Assembly (NCBI GenBank): GCA_907165135.1
Contig: OU015568.1
Location: 12,586,001 to 12,650,000 of the forward strand
From: Oikopleura dioica
Taxonomy: Eukaryota > Animalia > Chordata
Reading direction: 5' to 3'
DNA length: 64,000 nucleotides
Shown: one piece after another, positions 1-12,644 of the stretch
How positions within the stretch are numbered: position 1 is the first letter of the stretch
How the letters are laid out: every line of letters starts with the position of its first letter
Position numbers and translations under genes: made by a program
Notes under the pieces: generated by a model
What the model saw: the letters and a program-made list of their open reading frames with translations, nothing else
What the model was told of the DNA's origin: nothing
The model's database searches: none

Positions 1-1759
1 CCGAATCCCGGACCATCTTTTCCGCGTCACATAAAGACTGTGAGACAGCCGGAATGATTCTTTGAGCAATTTCTTGTGGCGTATAAATTTCTGAGTTTTC
101 CATCATTGCTTTCAACCCAGCTGATCGAGCGGGAGGGAAAGGATCCTTCAGAGCTCGCGCGAAGGCGGAGAGTGCAACTTTTTGACGAGTTTCTTTGTTC
201 AGATATTTGAGGATCTTCCCTAGGCAGATTGTGGTGTTAGTTCGGATAGGGCCCTGGTCATCTTTGGCTTGAAGTTGAGCGAAGTGAGTCATGAGTTTCG
301 TGTTGAGATTCTTGTCGTCGAGTTTGTCAGCAATGTGAAGAATGGACTAAAAAGGGATAGGGAATGATTTGAAGGAACAAAGATTACTTTGACTGTAGCT
401 TCACGAATGAGAGGGGCAGAGTCGTGGAAACCAGCGGATAAGGGTACGAAAATTTGGTTGTTGATGACATCTTTTTTGAGGTGGATAACAATGTGCTCGA
501 TTTGGCGAAGAAGAGCTATTCTCGTCGCTCGATCACTGGACGAAAACATTTTCACTAGACACGGGACGATTTTCTCCTAAAATAAGTTAGGCGGCGAAAA
601 TGGATTGAAAACGGACCTGATATTCACTTTCTTCAAGCAATTGGCCAAGTTTGAAAATCGGCCCGAGCGCTGCAGCTCCCGCATCTCCGAACTGATAGGC
701 ATTGAGTAAAATGGGCAGAATTTTAAACCGAGCATAGTCTTTAGGAAAGTGGTCTAAATTCTTTCCCAGTCGTTCGAGAAAGGCCGTTCGGATATCTGCG
801 TCTTTGATTTGCAGTTCGCCCAAGAAAAGGTTACAATCGACGAACATGTTGTCCATGAACTGTTTTCGCTCACGACAATTGCTGATGAATGTTTCTGGAT
901 TGGGTCGTTTCTGAGGATTTGCGGAAACGAGCTCGGCCCAGTGAGGCAGGAGATTCTTGGGTATCCTTCCGACGTCTCTTAGCGAGTTTGCAGTGTGCAT
1001 CGTTCCATTAAAAGACTCCCAAATCAGACAACCAAGCCCCCACATATCAGAGGACCATTTACAACTTCTTTTTCGAGATGCCTTCTCTGGTGGGTCGTAT
1101 TTTTCAAGCCCGTGGGAAACTTTGATAGGAGGAGAGTCGTTTTCTCCAAACATGTAATCGAGGCCCATTAGTTTCCATTCACCAGCTCGATCTACGTAAA
1201 TCGACGACATGCACACATTGTTGTGTATTAAATTGCAGTTGTTGACGAGAAAACTGTTCAGGATTTTCAAGATTCACTCTTCCATAATTCCAAGAGTAGA
1301 AAAACCCGTTCCTGAGGCCGGCAACAACCTGATGAAGACCCCAAGCAATGGCCATGCCAATTTCTGTCTCGTCATCGAGCTTTTCAAGATAGCTCGAGAG
1401 TGGGATTACAGGCTCTGTAACGATGTAGATCGCTTTTTCGGATTCCAGACAATCTTGAAAAAGACTGAAAAAGAAGCTCGATTTCGGACAGAGTTACCGA
1501 TGTATGTGACGATATTCGGATGGCGCAGGGTCTTTATCCTCTTGAGACAATTCTTAGCAACTTCAGTTGTGACATCGGAGCCAGTCTTTGGATCGTAGTT
1601 GAAGACAGAAACTTTCGTGTGTGGCGCCTTTTTCAGCTTGCCTTCGTGAATCGTCCAAATCGACTGGGCCGCGTCGAGGCCGGGAATTCTCTCGCCAACT
1701 TCATAGGCGAAAGAAGCCGTGGGATCACGAGTTAAAAGTCCTGATAGATACGAAGTCAT
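1..1759 (-). CDS. SCYL1: SCY1-like pseudokinase 1 (N-terminal kinase-like protein); multi-exon, runs off the left edge
   Basis: Spliced ORFs give MTSYLSGLLTRDP..., KRIKTLRHPNI, HNNVCMSSIYVDRAGEWKLMGLDY, DMWGLGCLIWESFNG and the HEAT region GFHDSAPLIREATVK. ATG at 1759 directly follows TTTTGCAG. Contains a GA-AG intron at 1254-1311. Confidence 0.95.
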
Positions 1760-1857
1760 CTGCAAAACATTTTTTTAGTGAAAGTGGACTTGTATTCACG
1801 AGATTTTTATTTTTTGACTTTTTCAAGTTGAAATGTTGGCAGTTAACAAAAACACTT

Positions 1858-2405
1858 TTATTTCTTCTTTTCGGCTTCTTTTCTCGCCTTTGTCAGCTAA
1901 AACAATCATCAGGAAATGAAGATGAAAGCTTGACTTTACCTTTGCCACGGGATCATCATCAGAATCTTCGTCCGAGGAGCTGGAACTATCCGACGAACTA
2001 GAGGAACTCGAGCTACTGGAGCTGCTGCTGGAGCTTTCCGCTGGTAATCCTTTCTTGATTCGCTTTTCGCGGATCTTCTGTGCGATTTTTTCATCCTGCT
2101 TTCTTTTCAGTTCTTTTTTCAACTCTTTCGTTCGCGAATCTCTGGAATAACTGTCAATAAAAGGAAAACAGGGGTAGATTTTACCGCTGGAGGTATTTTC
2201 GTTTGTTCGAGCATTCGTAAGACCAGTGGCCGTAGTCGAGGCATTTTTGGCATCTGACATTGCTCTACAAATTTGATAAAATGTCTATTAGAATTAAATA
2301 GGGCTAACTTATTTATAGAATATATTGTCAATATAAAACCTTGTTGGTCTCTTTTTGTCGTCTGAGCAAAGTATTGACCCAGTGCGGCCTGGATCCTCCC
2401 GACAT
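1858..2405 (-). CDS. ZCCHC10: Zinc-knuckle (CCHC) protein with poly-Ser tail; 4 exons
   Basis: Manual splicing gives MSGGSRPHWVNTLLRRQKETNK/SNVRCQKCLDYGHWSYECSNKRKYLQR/DSRTKELKK...SSSS...DEDSDDDPVAK/LTKARKEAEKKK*. The knuckle is in a frame not shown in the ORF track. Confidence 0.9.
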
Positions 2406-2848
2406 AACAATTATCGAAAGCCACCTGAATTTAAACACTTTCATCCACTTTGTAAATTACTTGTTTTTTCTTGAGGATAACTGGCAAATATAAGACAAAT
2501 ATAATAAGTAACGCAGAAATACGCACAACTTGGCAAAGGCAGTAAATGATCAGTCTACAGAAAGTAAATGAATGAACTTATTCAATTATTTAATTTTTCA
2601 ATTTAGAGAATGGAACTCAAATTTTTGCTTCATTTTTTGTAGATTATAAAGCGCTTATTAAATTATAATATTTTAATAAAATATAGTGATATTTATTTAG
2701 TTTAAATTAGAATAGTTTTTAAGTGCGTAATAAATTGAAATTGTGGAAAAAGTAAAGATACAACGATAGATATGTTTTGTTTGTTGTTGTTTGAAGAAGT
2801 AAGGCCTGAAAACAAAATAGAGAAAGAAAGAAAGTTTAAAATTTCAAA

Positions 2849-5800
2849 TCATAGTCGCGCGGTTTTGCGAATTGAAATATTTTTGGATGCAAGTTGGATA
2901 ACGATATCAGCGATCGGCTCAATCGTCTGCTGCGGAAGGGTAGAGCCAAAAATGCGGCTCAATCGTTGAGAACCGAGATTTTCTCGGACTTCGTGGGTCA
3001 ACTCGATTCCTGCCTTTTCCGCAAGGATCATCAGTGTAAGTTCTATGAAAAAGGTTATTCAGGGAAAAGGGGAAGATTTGCTTACGTGGGAAAGCAGTGG
3101 TAAGCCTCTTGATTTTCGTCATTTTGTCAGAGAATGAATCTGCTCGTTTGGCCTGCCGTTTTGCTTTCCTCTTTCGCCGAGCAGACATTTCATGGAGATT
3201 TTCTGGGCTTCCAAGATCTGCTCGAGTATCTTCACTAAGATTGCGGAACCAAGGTTCTATGAAAGATCCATTACAATCAGAAAATAAAACTGCAATTAAC
3301 TTTTTAACGCTTCTGTAGCCGACAAACGGGTTTTCGGATTCAGTCGTAAAAGACCGTCGAGAACTTCAAGCGCATCAGGTGGGAGGGCACAGAATTGCTC
3401 GGCAATTTTCCTTCTTGGCTTTGGGTGAAAACGAGTGATGAGAGGAGTGACTAGAGTTTTGAAGTGTTTGTAGTGGATGATTTCAGGCCATGCGGCTGGA
3501 TCTGGAATGCCGCACAGTTTTGAAATGACTTCAAGTTGAGCGACGTCTGTTGAAGCCTGGGAAATTATTTTAGCGAATTTTTCAAATCAATTGATAAATG
3601 ATTTAAAATCTAACCTGGAAGACCGGTTTTCGTTGATACATCTCTCCCAAAATGCAGCCAGCGCTCCACATATCAATTTTGCCAGTATATCTGTCATCTC
3701 CGACCAAAAGCTCAGGCGGCCTGTACCAAAGTGTTATCACTTTATTGGTAAAAGGCCGTGAATCTGTTGGTAGACAAATTCGCGCGAGTCCGAAATCTCC
3801 GAGTTTGACACTTCCGTCTTTTGCGATCAAGATATTTGAGCATTTCAAATCGCGGTGGAATACGTCGTTCGCGTGACAATATTCCAACCCAAGAAGAATT
3901 TGATAGAAGAGTTTCTGAAACAGTTTTAGCGAGTGATCTAGTAAAGACAGCTACCTTTATCTGGTCTGATTTCAGCGGAGCGTGCTCAATGATCCCCGTC
4001 AAATCATTATCAACGAATTCGAAGACGAGAAAAAAGGATGACAGGTCTTTTGCCTGAACAACAGTCTTTAGGTCAACAACATTCCGATGATTTAGCTTGG
4101 ACAAAAGCTTCACTTCTCGTATCGCTGTAATCGGGAAGCCTTCCTTTTCCCTATCCATTCGGACCTTACGAATTACAAGTAAATAATTGTAGAAATTATT
4201 GCTTGTCACCTTTTTGAGGGCGACCAAAGACTTAGTTGATTTGCACTCGCCCCTGAAAACTTGTCCGAACGTTCCCTCTCCGATAATTGCATCCAGTCGA
4301 TAATTATCTACGCATTCAAGCGGATCTTCGATAGTCAAATCCTTCCTGCTTCCGCAAATAGAAGGAATGGATGTTAAAGTCGGTCTTCTTTCACCTAGGG
4401 TTCGGCGAATTCCGTCGAAAACGTTTTCAGTTGGCCTCTGGAGCTTTCTAGAGCTTCTCCTGGAAACAGCCTTCGACGATGAAGAGGGTTTCACTGTCGA
4501 AGAGGAACTACTAGCAGTACTCGAGACAGTAGCATCAGAAGAAACGCCGAGTAACTCGCTTTTTGGCGAATTAGAATTTGACGAGCAGGCGCCTAGAGAA
4601 TGTTCTTTTACTTTCCGCTTTCTACTTGAAATGGTCTTGGATCTTGAATTCTTTAAAATTGCCTTGACTCGTAATCTTGTGGGCCGCGAAATCTTGGGTC
4701 TTGATCCTTTTTCTATCGAGCTTGAGATTGTACCTTTTTGAAAATTGCTTCTGTAGTCCTTGGGCGTGCCCTTGGAGTTGGCCAGCTTGTCTTTCCCGGG
4801 AGTGGTGACTTTGGGCGATTTGGAATCGCAAACGGCGTATTTCAACCCGTTCAGCTCCTCCATGATACTTTGCCTGCGCTTATTGTTGCTGTAGTCTAGT
4901 CCAAGTGCAGAAAGAGGGTCGAAGACATCAGCCATCTGTTCTTGTGGAATCACAGCGCCCGTCATTCCGGGTTGAATTTTCGCAGCTGCGGGTTGAGCCG
5001 AACTACTTGGGCTTTTGCCAAGAAGCGTGGAAATTGAAAATTTTTTCGGCTGGGCTTCGTGCCACCATCTCTCGATTAGGACGGAATCCTCTTCAGAAAG
5101 CCGCAACGACTGGATTAAAAGCTTTGGGCTGTTCTTGAAGTCGCTTTTGGAGAGAAGCTTTCAGGAGGGATATTTTTTGAATTTCAATATTTAGCAATTT
5201 CAATCTCAAAATAAGAAAAAAAAACTTTCTAAAACGCTGAAATCATATAATCCCTGGCTTGTGTTGTTTTAGCTCAAGAAATCCTTCAGTCGAAAGCGAC
5301 GGAAAATCATGCTGCGAGCAAACCCAAGACTTCATTACTGGATCTTCTTCTTCTTTTAAAATCTTCTTTTCTTTTTGAGCATTGAGCAGATTTCTGACTT
5401 CTTCCGCCACCAGATCTTTGTATGAATCCATCGCCACTGAAGCCTTTGACTTTTCTTTTGGCAAAATTTCCATAAAAAGCTCTGAAACTAATTTTTGGAC
5501 AAGATGCGTGAAGAAGTCTTCTTCAAGCTTTTTCGAAAAAACAAGTCGCTCTTTTTCGTTTTGAAGAATATCTTTGACGAGTTCGCGCATTCTGATATCG
5601 ATGCTCTCTCGCGCTATATGAAGAATAGCGTGTTCGTTTCCATAGAATTGTTGGAAGATCCGGAGCACTGACTTTTCGGTCACTCGCTCTACCAGCTCGT
5701 TTTCCTTTCGTTTTTCATTCTCAAGAGTTTCTTTTACCAAGTCAGAGACGATGCTTGAAATGATAGGTTCGTAGAGTTTCTCTTCTACTTGGAAATTTTC

Positions 5801-8477
5801 ACTTTTTGAACTTGATTTCGTCGCTTTTTCAGATTCGTCGGAGCTCAGAAGACTGATGACTTCCTTCGTCTTCTCTTGTGAAGCGAAGCAATCTTCTGTT
5901 TCCTTATCATAAATCGGCAAATCTCCATCAAATTTTGGTGAAATCGACTTTGACACCGTCTGAGATCTCTTCCTGCTTCCTGAATTTGAGTTTTTACCGC
6001 TTTTGGACTCCTTTTTCGCAGCAATCATCGCGTCCAACTGGATTTTAGCAGGACTTTTTGCGCTCTTTCTCTGTTGGAAACGCTGTTTTCTCGCAAGATT
6101 TGGCCATTTGTAGACAACCTCGTAATCTTCCTGGTCAAATTCGATTTCGATCATTCTTTCATGGGAGAGATCAGCAAAGTCGTCGCGGGAAAACAATTCG
6201 TTCAAGCAAATTTGAGATTTGCCTTTGACAGTTATGTCGTCGAAATCAGCAAGATCCTTCACCCAAGTGTTTTCCAACCTTTCGTCCATAGATTCAAGAG
6301 CTTCGCAAAATCGTGAGCATTGCTCAGAGCTCCCTTGGGTCCCTTCGAGGCAGCAATCATCATGAGCTTCGATGTTTTCCAAGAGATAGAGAAGATCTTC
6401 ATGTTTCTTATCTTCCTCAAACGATTTCTTCTCCTCCTCGAGTAGTTCTTTCACAAGGTCTTCTACCATCCCACAATATGTCTTTGACATAGTCGCTCTT
6501 TCAATGACTTCTTTCTCAGTAGATTCAACAGCGACTTGTTCAATATTTTCAACGAGCAACTGGTCAAATAGATTCGCCGTAGTTTCCACCAAACAGCATT
6601 CCCGCTCGATAGAAGATTTAAAGACGTCTTGAGTCAAATCCAGAATCACTTGATCAAGAAAAATATCAAAGTAGACTTCGGGTACTTGGACAAGATCGCC
6701 AAGAACGGAAGAATCCCTCCTTCCTCCCTGTTCGTCCGGGCAGCTGTTTCTTCTATCAGACGTTGGAAAATTGTTAGGCTCAGAAGACACCCTCTGAACT
6801 GTATCATCTTCGCAAGGCGTTCCCGGCGACGGATGCTCTTCAAAGTTGTCGATTTCTGCCAGAGGATCAATGAGATCTTGCTCTAACGCATCCAGTGAAT
6901 TTCGATCATCGTCATCTTCGTTCTCCGCTTCATCGTCATCGTCCAAAATTTCAACAATCTCGCTTGAACACTGAACTTTCTTCTCGTAGTTTTTGGGCAA
7001 ATTTTCGCTGATAGGTCTATTAGTGCTACTGATCGTTCTTCTTTCTGAAATTGAACTCTTGGCAGAATCCACACTGATTTTTCGTGGCTGGGCATTGTCG
7101 GAGAGAATTTCGCCTTCTTCGCTTGCTGATAGTTTCGGCATAGTCTTTCGGGGTTGATGATTTTGACTTTCTTCTTGTTCTGAAGAAATGTTTCTTAACG
7201 CTCTTGGATTGGAGAAGGTCCGAGAAGGAAGAGGAGATTGTTTCGATTTTTCGAGCATTTTGGATTTTTCTGAGTTTTTCCGAGTTCCGCGAATTTTCAA
7301 CTTGCGGACGGAAACAGACTGGGCAGGTATGAGCTTGCGGTAATCTAAAGAAAGCGTGTAAGCAAGGAAAATGTTGATGAACTGTACCTATGTCACTTGA
7401 ATTCGTATATTTCCTAATGTCAGTATTCTTATCTCCATCAGATTCAGTCGAGCTGCCAGTAATCGGCTCTGATGATGAGGAACTGTCGCTTTTTTCGACA
7501 GATTTTGGCGTGTGCTTCGGGAATTTACGATTGTTTTCACCTTGTTTCGGATTTTTATCCACTTGCACGATCATCATCGAGAGTCGAGCATTTCTGATTG
7601 ATGCTTCTGACCAAACATCGGTTGTGCTGCCCTGTTGTCCTTTTTGGGGAACGCCTGTGCGGGAGACATCAGAACTGGCGGTTCTTGAACGGGACTGATC
7701 GCTGCTAGATAAAGCGCTTGGGAGGTTAGACGAGCTCGTTGTTTGTTCTGTCGAGGAGGAAGAGCCTGAGGAAGGTTTTCTTGTGTTTTTCCCCGTAGAA
7801 CTGCTTTTCCGACGACTCAAGCGTTTCTCCCTCTTTTCACTTCTGAACTTTTTTGATCGATGCTTCGAGCAGTAATGTCTACTTCTGCTTGTACTTCTGG
7901 ATCGATTCTTTCGTCGGCGGATAGGACTGCGAGATCTTGAGCGATGCTTTCGACTTTCGACAGAGTTGGAAAAAGGATCAAAATTGGCAAGATTCAAAGA
8001 AAATTGCAACTCTAACTTGGACTAGAAGATCTCGACCGCTTTCTTTTCTTCCTTCTCTCCCGAATATCCGATCTTTTTCGGTGCTTTCTTGATTTTCCCG
8101 GCTTCGAATCGACAATCACAAGATCATCGTCTTCATCCTCGCTAGAAAGTTCGATTGGATCAACGATTCGTTTCAACACAGGCTTGACAGTCCTGACTCT
8201 ACGATGGTGTTTATCGCTTCCATCTTCTGTTCCAGGAAAGAGCTGGGGTTCTCGGTAGATATCTTTTGGTCTGCCAGAGGGAAACAATTCTTTGTCCAAA
8301 GCATCAAAAGAATCTCGCACTCGAGAAAGCTTTTTCTCAGATCTTTGGCTCACTGAAGAGTTGATTAGCCATGATTTTTCATTTCTAGAGCCGTTTCGAC
8401 CTCTAGAATCGCTTTTACCTGTCTAAATGATCATAAACTCGTTGCAAAATCGGCTTACTCGACGCTTTACTGCTCAT
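2849..8477 (-). CDS. CDK12/CDK13-type (PITAIRE) CTD kinase with RS-rich N-terminus and long acidic insertion; multi-exon
   Basis: Kinase motifs [36 protein letters not shown] and [15 protein letters not shown], with a C-terminal extension [15 protein letters not shown]-rich exons lie at 7390-8420. ORFs 8012-8353, 7026-8009 and 5243-7300 join through short introns. The junction at about 5160-5255 needs a non-canonical donor and is uncertain. Confidence 0.85.
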
Positions 8478-8943
8478 TCCAAGTCAGATTTAGCAAGTCA
8501 GTATTTGAGCACTGTTTCGAACCGTGCTCTACTGTATCTTCAACTTTAGACCAACATCTTTTTTTTCTGTTTGATTTGATTGGACGAGTATTTCGAGTTA
8601 CTAATAAGCCAGAGAGAAAATATTTTTTTATTCTTATTTCTTCCAGGAAGGGCTTGTCTTCCTCCAAGATCTCGTTTCCGGAAGTTTTCGAGTTTCGTTT
8701 CGTTTTTTCGAGTCAAAGGCGCGAAAATGAGAAATGTGCGATTGGCGCGCGCGCAACTCTACAACTGCGCCTCCGCAAATTCGAAACTTTTAGGCGTCTC
8801 CTTTTTGGTTGTTACTTTTTCTAGAACTATTTTCGAGAAAATTTACTTAACAAAAAGTTACTTTGCCTTCAGAAGAGATCGAATATACAGAAGACATCTT
8901 TAATTTTCGACAAAGATATATTAAAAAAAAAATCCTCTTTAGA
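8478..8943. promoter_or_regulatory. Bidirectional promoter between the CDK12/13 gene and RPA1, with E2F-type site
   Basis: Head-to-head genes about 470 bp apart. GGCGCGAAAA at 8718-8727 (reverse complement TTTTCGCGCC) and ATTGGCGCGCGCGC at 8741-8754. Confidence 0.65.
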
Positions 8944-11138
8944 ATGAGTCTCGTTCCGGGAACCATCCCCCTCGTATTCAACAGAGAGGTCACCTCCTCC
9001 GATGGGCCAGTCTACGTCCTGCTCATCGTCAGTCGAGAACTCAATAAGAGCGCAACTACTCGTCGACTTCGTGGAAAACTCACAGACGGAAAATATGAGT
9101 CGCAAATGACAGTGATTGTCACAGACAAACAACTGGAGAAAGGAGATCTGCTGAAGGTGAAGCACTGGAATATTACTGGCAGTGCGGAAAAGGAAAAGAG
9201 GTTGAAAAAAGAATAGATACTTTAAACTTTTGAATACTCGTTGATTTTTGCTTTTTTTTCAACCGATTCGAAGATGCTCTTTCAAATCGAAGAGTTCGAG
9301 GTCGAAACAAAGAACTTTCCGCTGCCAAAATCAGGCACGACCAAGATCTGGAAATACGGCCAACCGTTTGACCGGCCAAGCAAATCCGTCGTCGCTGCGC
9401 CGAAGAAGAAAGTAAACGTCCCCGGCGCACCTGCCCGTGGAAAGGAAAATGCGAAGCCAGCCACTGCTGATGGACGATTCATGAGCATCATGACTCTTAC
9501 TCCTTACATGAACAAATGGGTCATCAAAGGTAACAATTTCAAACGCAAGAACTCTTCATAAACCCTTTTTTCTAGCGCGCGTGACACAGAAAAGCGCACT
9601 GAAAGAATACCAAAACGCAAAAGGAGCGGGAAAATTGTTCAGCTTCACCGTGGAAGATGGAACTTGCGACTTGAAAATTTCTGCGTTCAATGACGAAGTT
9701 GACAAGTTCATGAACATCATTGAAAAAGGCAAAGTGATCACGATTTCTAATGGAAGCCTGAAGCCAAAGAATCCGCAGTACAATCGAACAAAGCACGACT
9801 ACGAGTGCACTTTGGGAAGAAATACGGCGATAGAAGAAGTCATGGATGATGATGGAGAGTAAGTCACTTTTTCAACTCAATTTTCCAAACGCTAATGTTC
9901 GTCTAGTATCCCTGAAATGTCCTTCGACTTCGAGAACATTTCAAAGATCATCGCCGAGCGAGCGAAGGGAGCATTCGTTGATGTTTGCGTTGTCATCAAC
10001 AACGTCGGCCCAGTCGACACCATCAACACTCGAGCAGGAGCGCAACTCGAAAGAGAGATCTCGAAGTTGTCGATGATTCCACCAAAGAAAAGCTCCGATG
10101 CACGCTGTGGGGAAAACAAGCTGTCGAAGTAAAATTGTGTATATATTGGCCTATATTTACTATTATTACTGACCTAGAAAGTAATCTTACTATCCTATCT
10201 AGTTTAACGCCGAGAGAGGGCAAGTTCTCGCCGTAAAAGGCGCCAGCGTTGGAGAATTCCAGGGTAAGACCTTGTCGGTTGGACGCGACTCTGAAATCGT
10301 CCTTGATTTCACCGAAAAAGACGGAGAAAGAGTAAGCGTTTCTTCGAGTGAAAAATGTTCACAGATTTGTTCAGCTTCGAGTCTGGTGGCAGCAGGAAGG
10401 CCAGGACTCTACATTTGAAGGACAGTCTGGCGCGAACACTGGAGGTGGAAAAAAGAACCAGATGGTTACTCTTGACGCCCTCATGCACGGAGCCAACTAC
10501 GAAACAGAGGGAGACAAGCCCTACTGGTTCAACTCCAAATGCTACCTTACCTACATCAAGAAGGACCGCATGGTTTACAAGGGATGCGTTGGAAAAGTAT
10601 GGCTTGATTTTCAAGAGACAGATCTAGCAACTAAATTTAGGAGGGCACGGGATGCAACAAGAAGTTGATCGAGGAAGACGACGGAACCTATCGATGCGAG
10701 AAATGCAACTCGAACTTCCAGGACTTCAACTATCGAATCATGATGAACGCAGCGGTAAAAGAAAAGTTCACCGAGCAAGAAAATTAACATTTTTAGGTCA
10801 CCGACGGTCGGGGCCAGCATTTCTGCACGTTCTTCGGTGACACTGCCGAGCAAATCCTTGATATTTCGTCGAAGGACTTGGGAGAAATGTTCATGTCCGA
10901 CGGAAATGAATTCGACGATTTCATCAATACAAAGAGCTGCTTGGTACGTTTCATTTTTCCGAAGCCTTTCTGAGAGTGATTTTAGGAGTTCATTCTTGGC
11001 GGACGAGCGAAGTCTGAAATCTACCAGGACGAGCAGCGATTGAGAGTTGCTGCTCAACGAGTGGCTCAGATTGACTACAATAAGTACGGTATGGACTTGA
11101 TCAACCGAATGAAGGAGTTCGAGAACAAATCTCTCTGA
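8944..11138 (+). CDS. RPA1: Replication protein A 70 kDa subunit; multi-exon, apparent 1-nt frameshift at about 10050
   Basis: LTPYMNKWVIK/ARVTQK, GKLFSF, RCTLWG, YKGC..CNKKL...YRCEKC zinc ribbon in OB-C, and KSEIYQDEQRLR. Confidence 0.95.
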
Positions 11139-11319
11139 GACGCTGCGAGAGCCATTCATGTGACGAATTTTAAATACCTGCACACTGACTTGTTTTACTG
11201 TTCATTTAGCACCCACTGCCCTTAGCAAGAACATAATATTCCAATAAATACAGAAATCAGTCCCATCAACAAGGAAAAGTGTTTTATATTCGTTATTGGA
11301 GAAGGGGACAGATAAAAAT

Positions 11320-12272
11320 CTAATTCTGGTAGAGCTTGATGATCTGATCATCCTTGAAGGCTGCTCGACAGACTGGGCAGAACTTTTGAAAAAGGCCAGC
11401 CAAGCACTTGAAGCAGGATCGATGACCACACTGAAGGGTGCATTCCTGGTGATCCTTGCCGTTGTAGGTCTCGAGGCAAACCTTGCAAGAGGAACGCTCG
11501 CTTGGAACTAAAATGATTTCAGTTATTTGCCGAATATCATATTCGGAATATGGAAAGAATTCTAATACCTGCAACTCCAATCGCATCACAGGCGGTTGCG
11601 AGCTCGTCTTTCATGCTGTTCTGATCTGCGGTCGCTTTTTTGACCTCCTCCTTGAGCTTTTTGAGCTCTTCTTTGAGTTTTTTGACATCAGTTGTAGCCT
11701 CTTCGAATTGCTTCGACACCAGACTCCAATGGGTAATTTTGTCTTTTAGTTCGGTTAGTAGTATTTAATTCGGTTACTGCATGATGCAGTCTATATCAGT
11801 CATAAATTTTATTTTCGAAAACAAAAATTTACAGAACCAAAACCCGTAGAACCAGCTTGTTTTTCCTTAGCAGCCTCGCAGCATTTTCCGACGAGATACT
11901 CTCGAGGACTTAGATTTCTGGCAGAACAATATTTCCTTGGACACTGCAGCTTTGCATCCGAGATGACAAGCCGGTGCTTAGCTTCGGCGTAGTGTTTTTT
12001 CAGACTCATTAAAGATTTTGAAAAGATGAATCAACCAATATTATAATTATATTAATAGTCAAGAGTTTAAATTAATTTCAAAAGCCTTCACAATCCTGGC
12101 AAACAGTAATTTCCCCATCTCCGTGTAAATAATCTGTAAGGAGAGCCATCTTTTCGGTGACTCTGCTACATCTCTTGCAAATTCCGACGCTTCCTGGCGC
12201 GATGATATAACCGAGCTCTATTTTTGTCGGATCCCACCGAATTGGTTTACATTTGGTGGTGCGTTTACTCAT
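11320..12272 (-). CDS. Cys-rich / coiled-coil / C-terminal RING finger protein (probably a lineage-specific E3 ligase)
   Basis: The last exon CKVC...TLQCGHRSCFKC...FCPVCRAAF is a C3HC4-type RING. Upstream exons encode a coiled coil (KKLKEELKKLKEE) and CxxC pairs. Confidence 0.75.
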
Positions 12273-12644
12273 TTTTCTCAATAAACGTCTGTTTTTTTCA
12301 ATAAACGACTGTCGGGAGACGATCGCTACCGGTAGGGGAGAAACAAAATCAGAAGCTATCACTTCAGAGCCTATTCACCAGGGCTGGATTCTCATCTCGA
12401 GACCGGTACGTGACTCTCCGAAAAAACGGTTGGCCTCAGAGTTAATCATTCTAATTTAAAAAAATGCTTGTTCAACCCAAACTACAAACCAAATTTCATG
12501 AGCCATGGTATTGTCTTCAAAATAATGAGCCTGCTTCTTTCAGATTTCAATTATTCAAAAATTCAGTTGATTTGATTTCAAAATTTATTGCAGCAAATAC
12601 ATGTATTTATTTATAAATTTTTCATGATTGCAAAGAACATGTTT

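Noticed and set aside
1823-2260. ORF-track protein MSDAKNAST...
   Set aside because: Its N-terminal part is the wrong frame and includes introns; the real product is spliced ZCCHC10.
10045-10056. Programmed frameshift or RPA1 pseudogene
   Set aside because: There is no slippery heptamer and the gene is otherwise intact. The same one-base deficit recurs in two unrelated genes, favouring assembly error.
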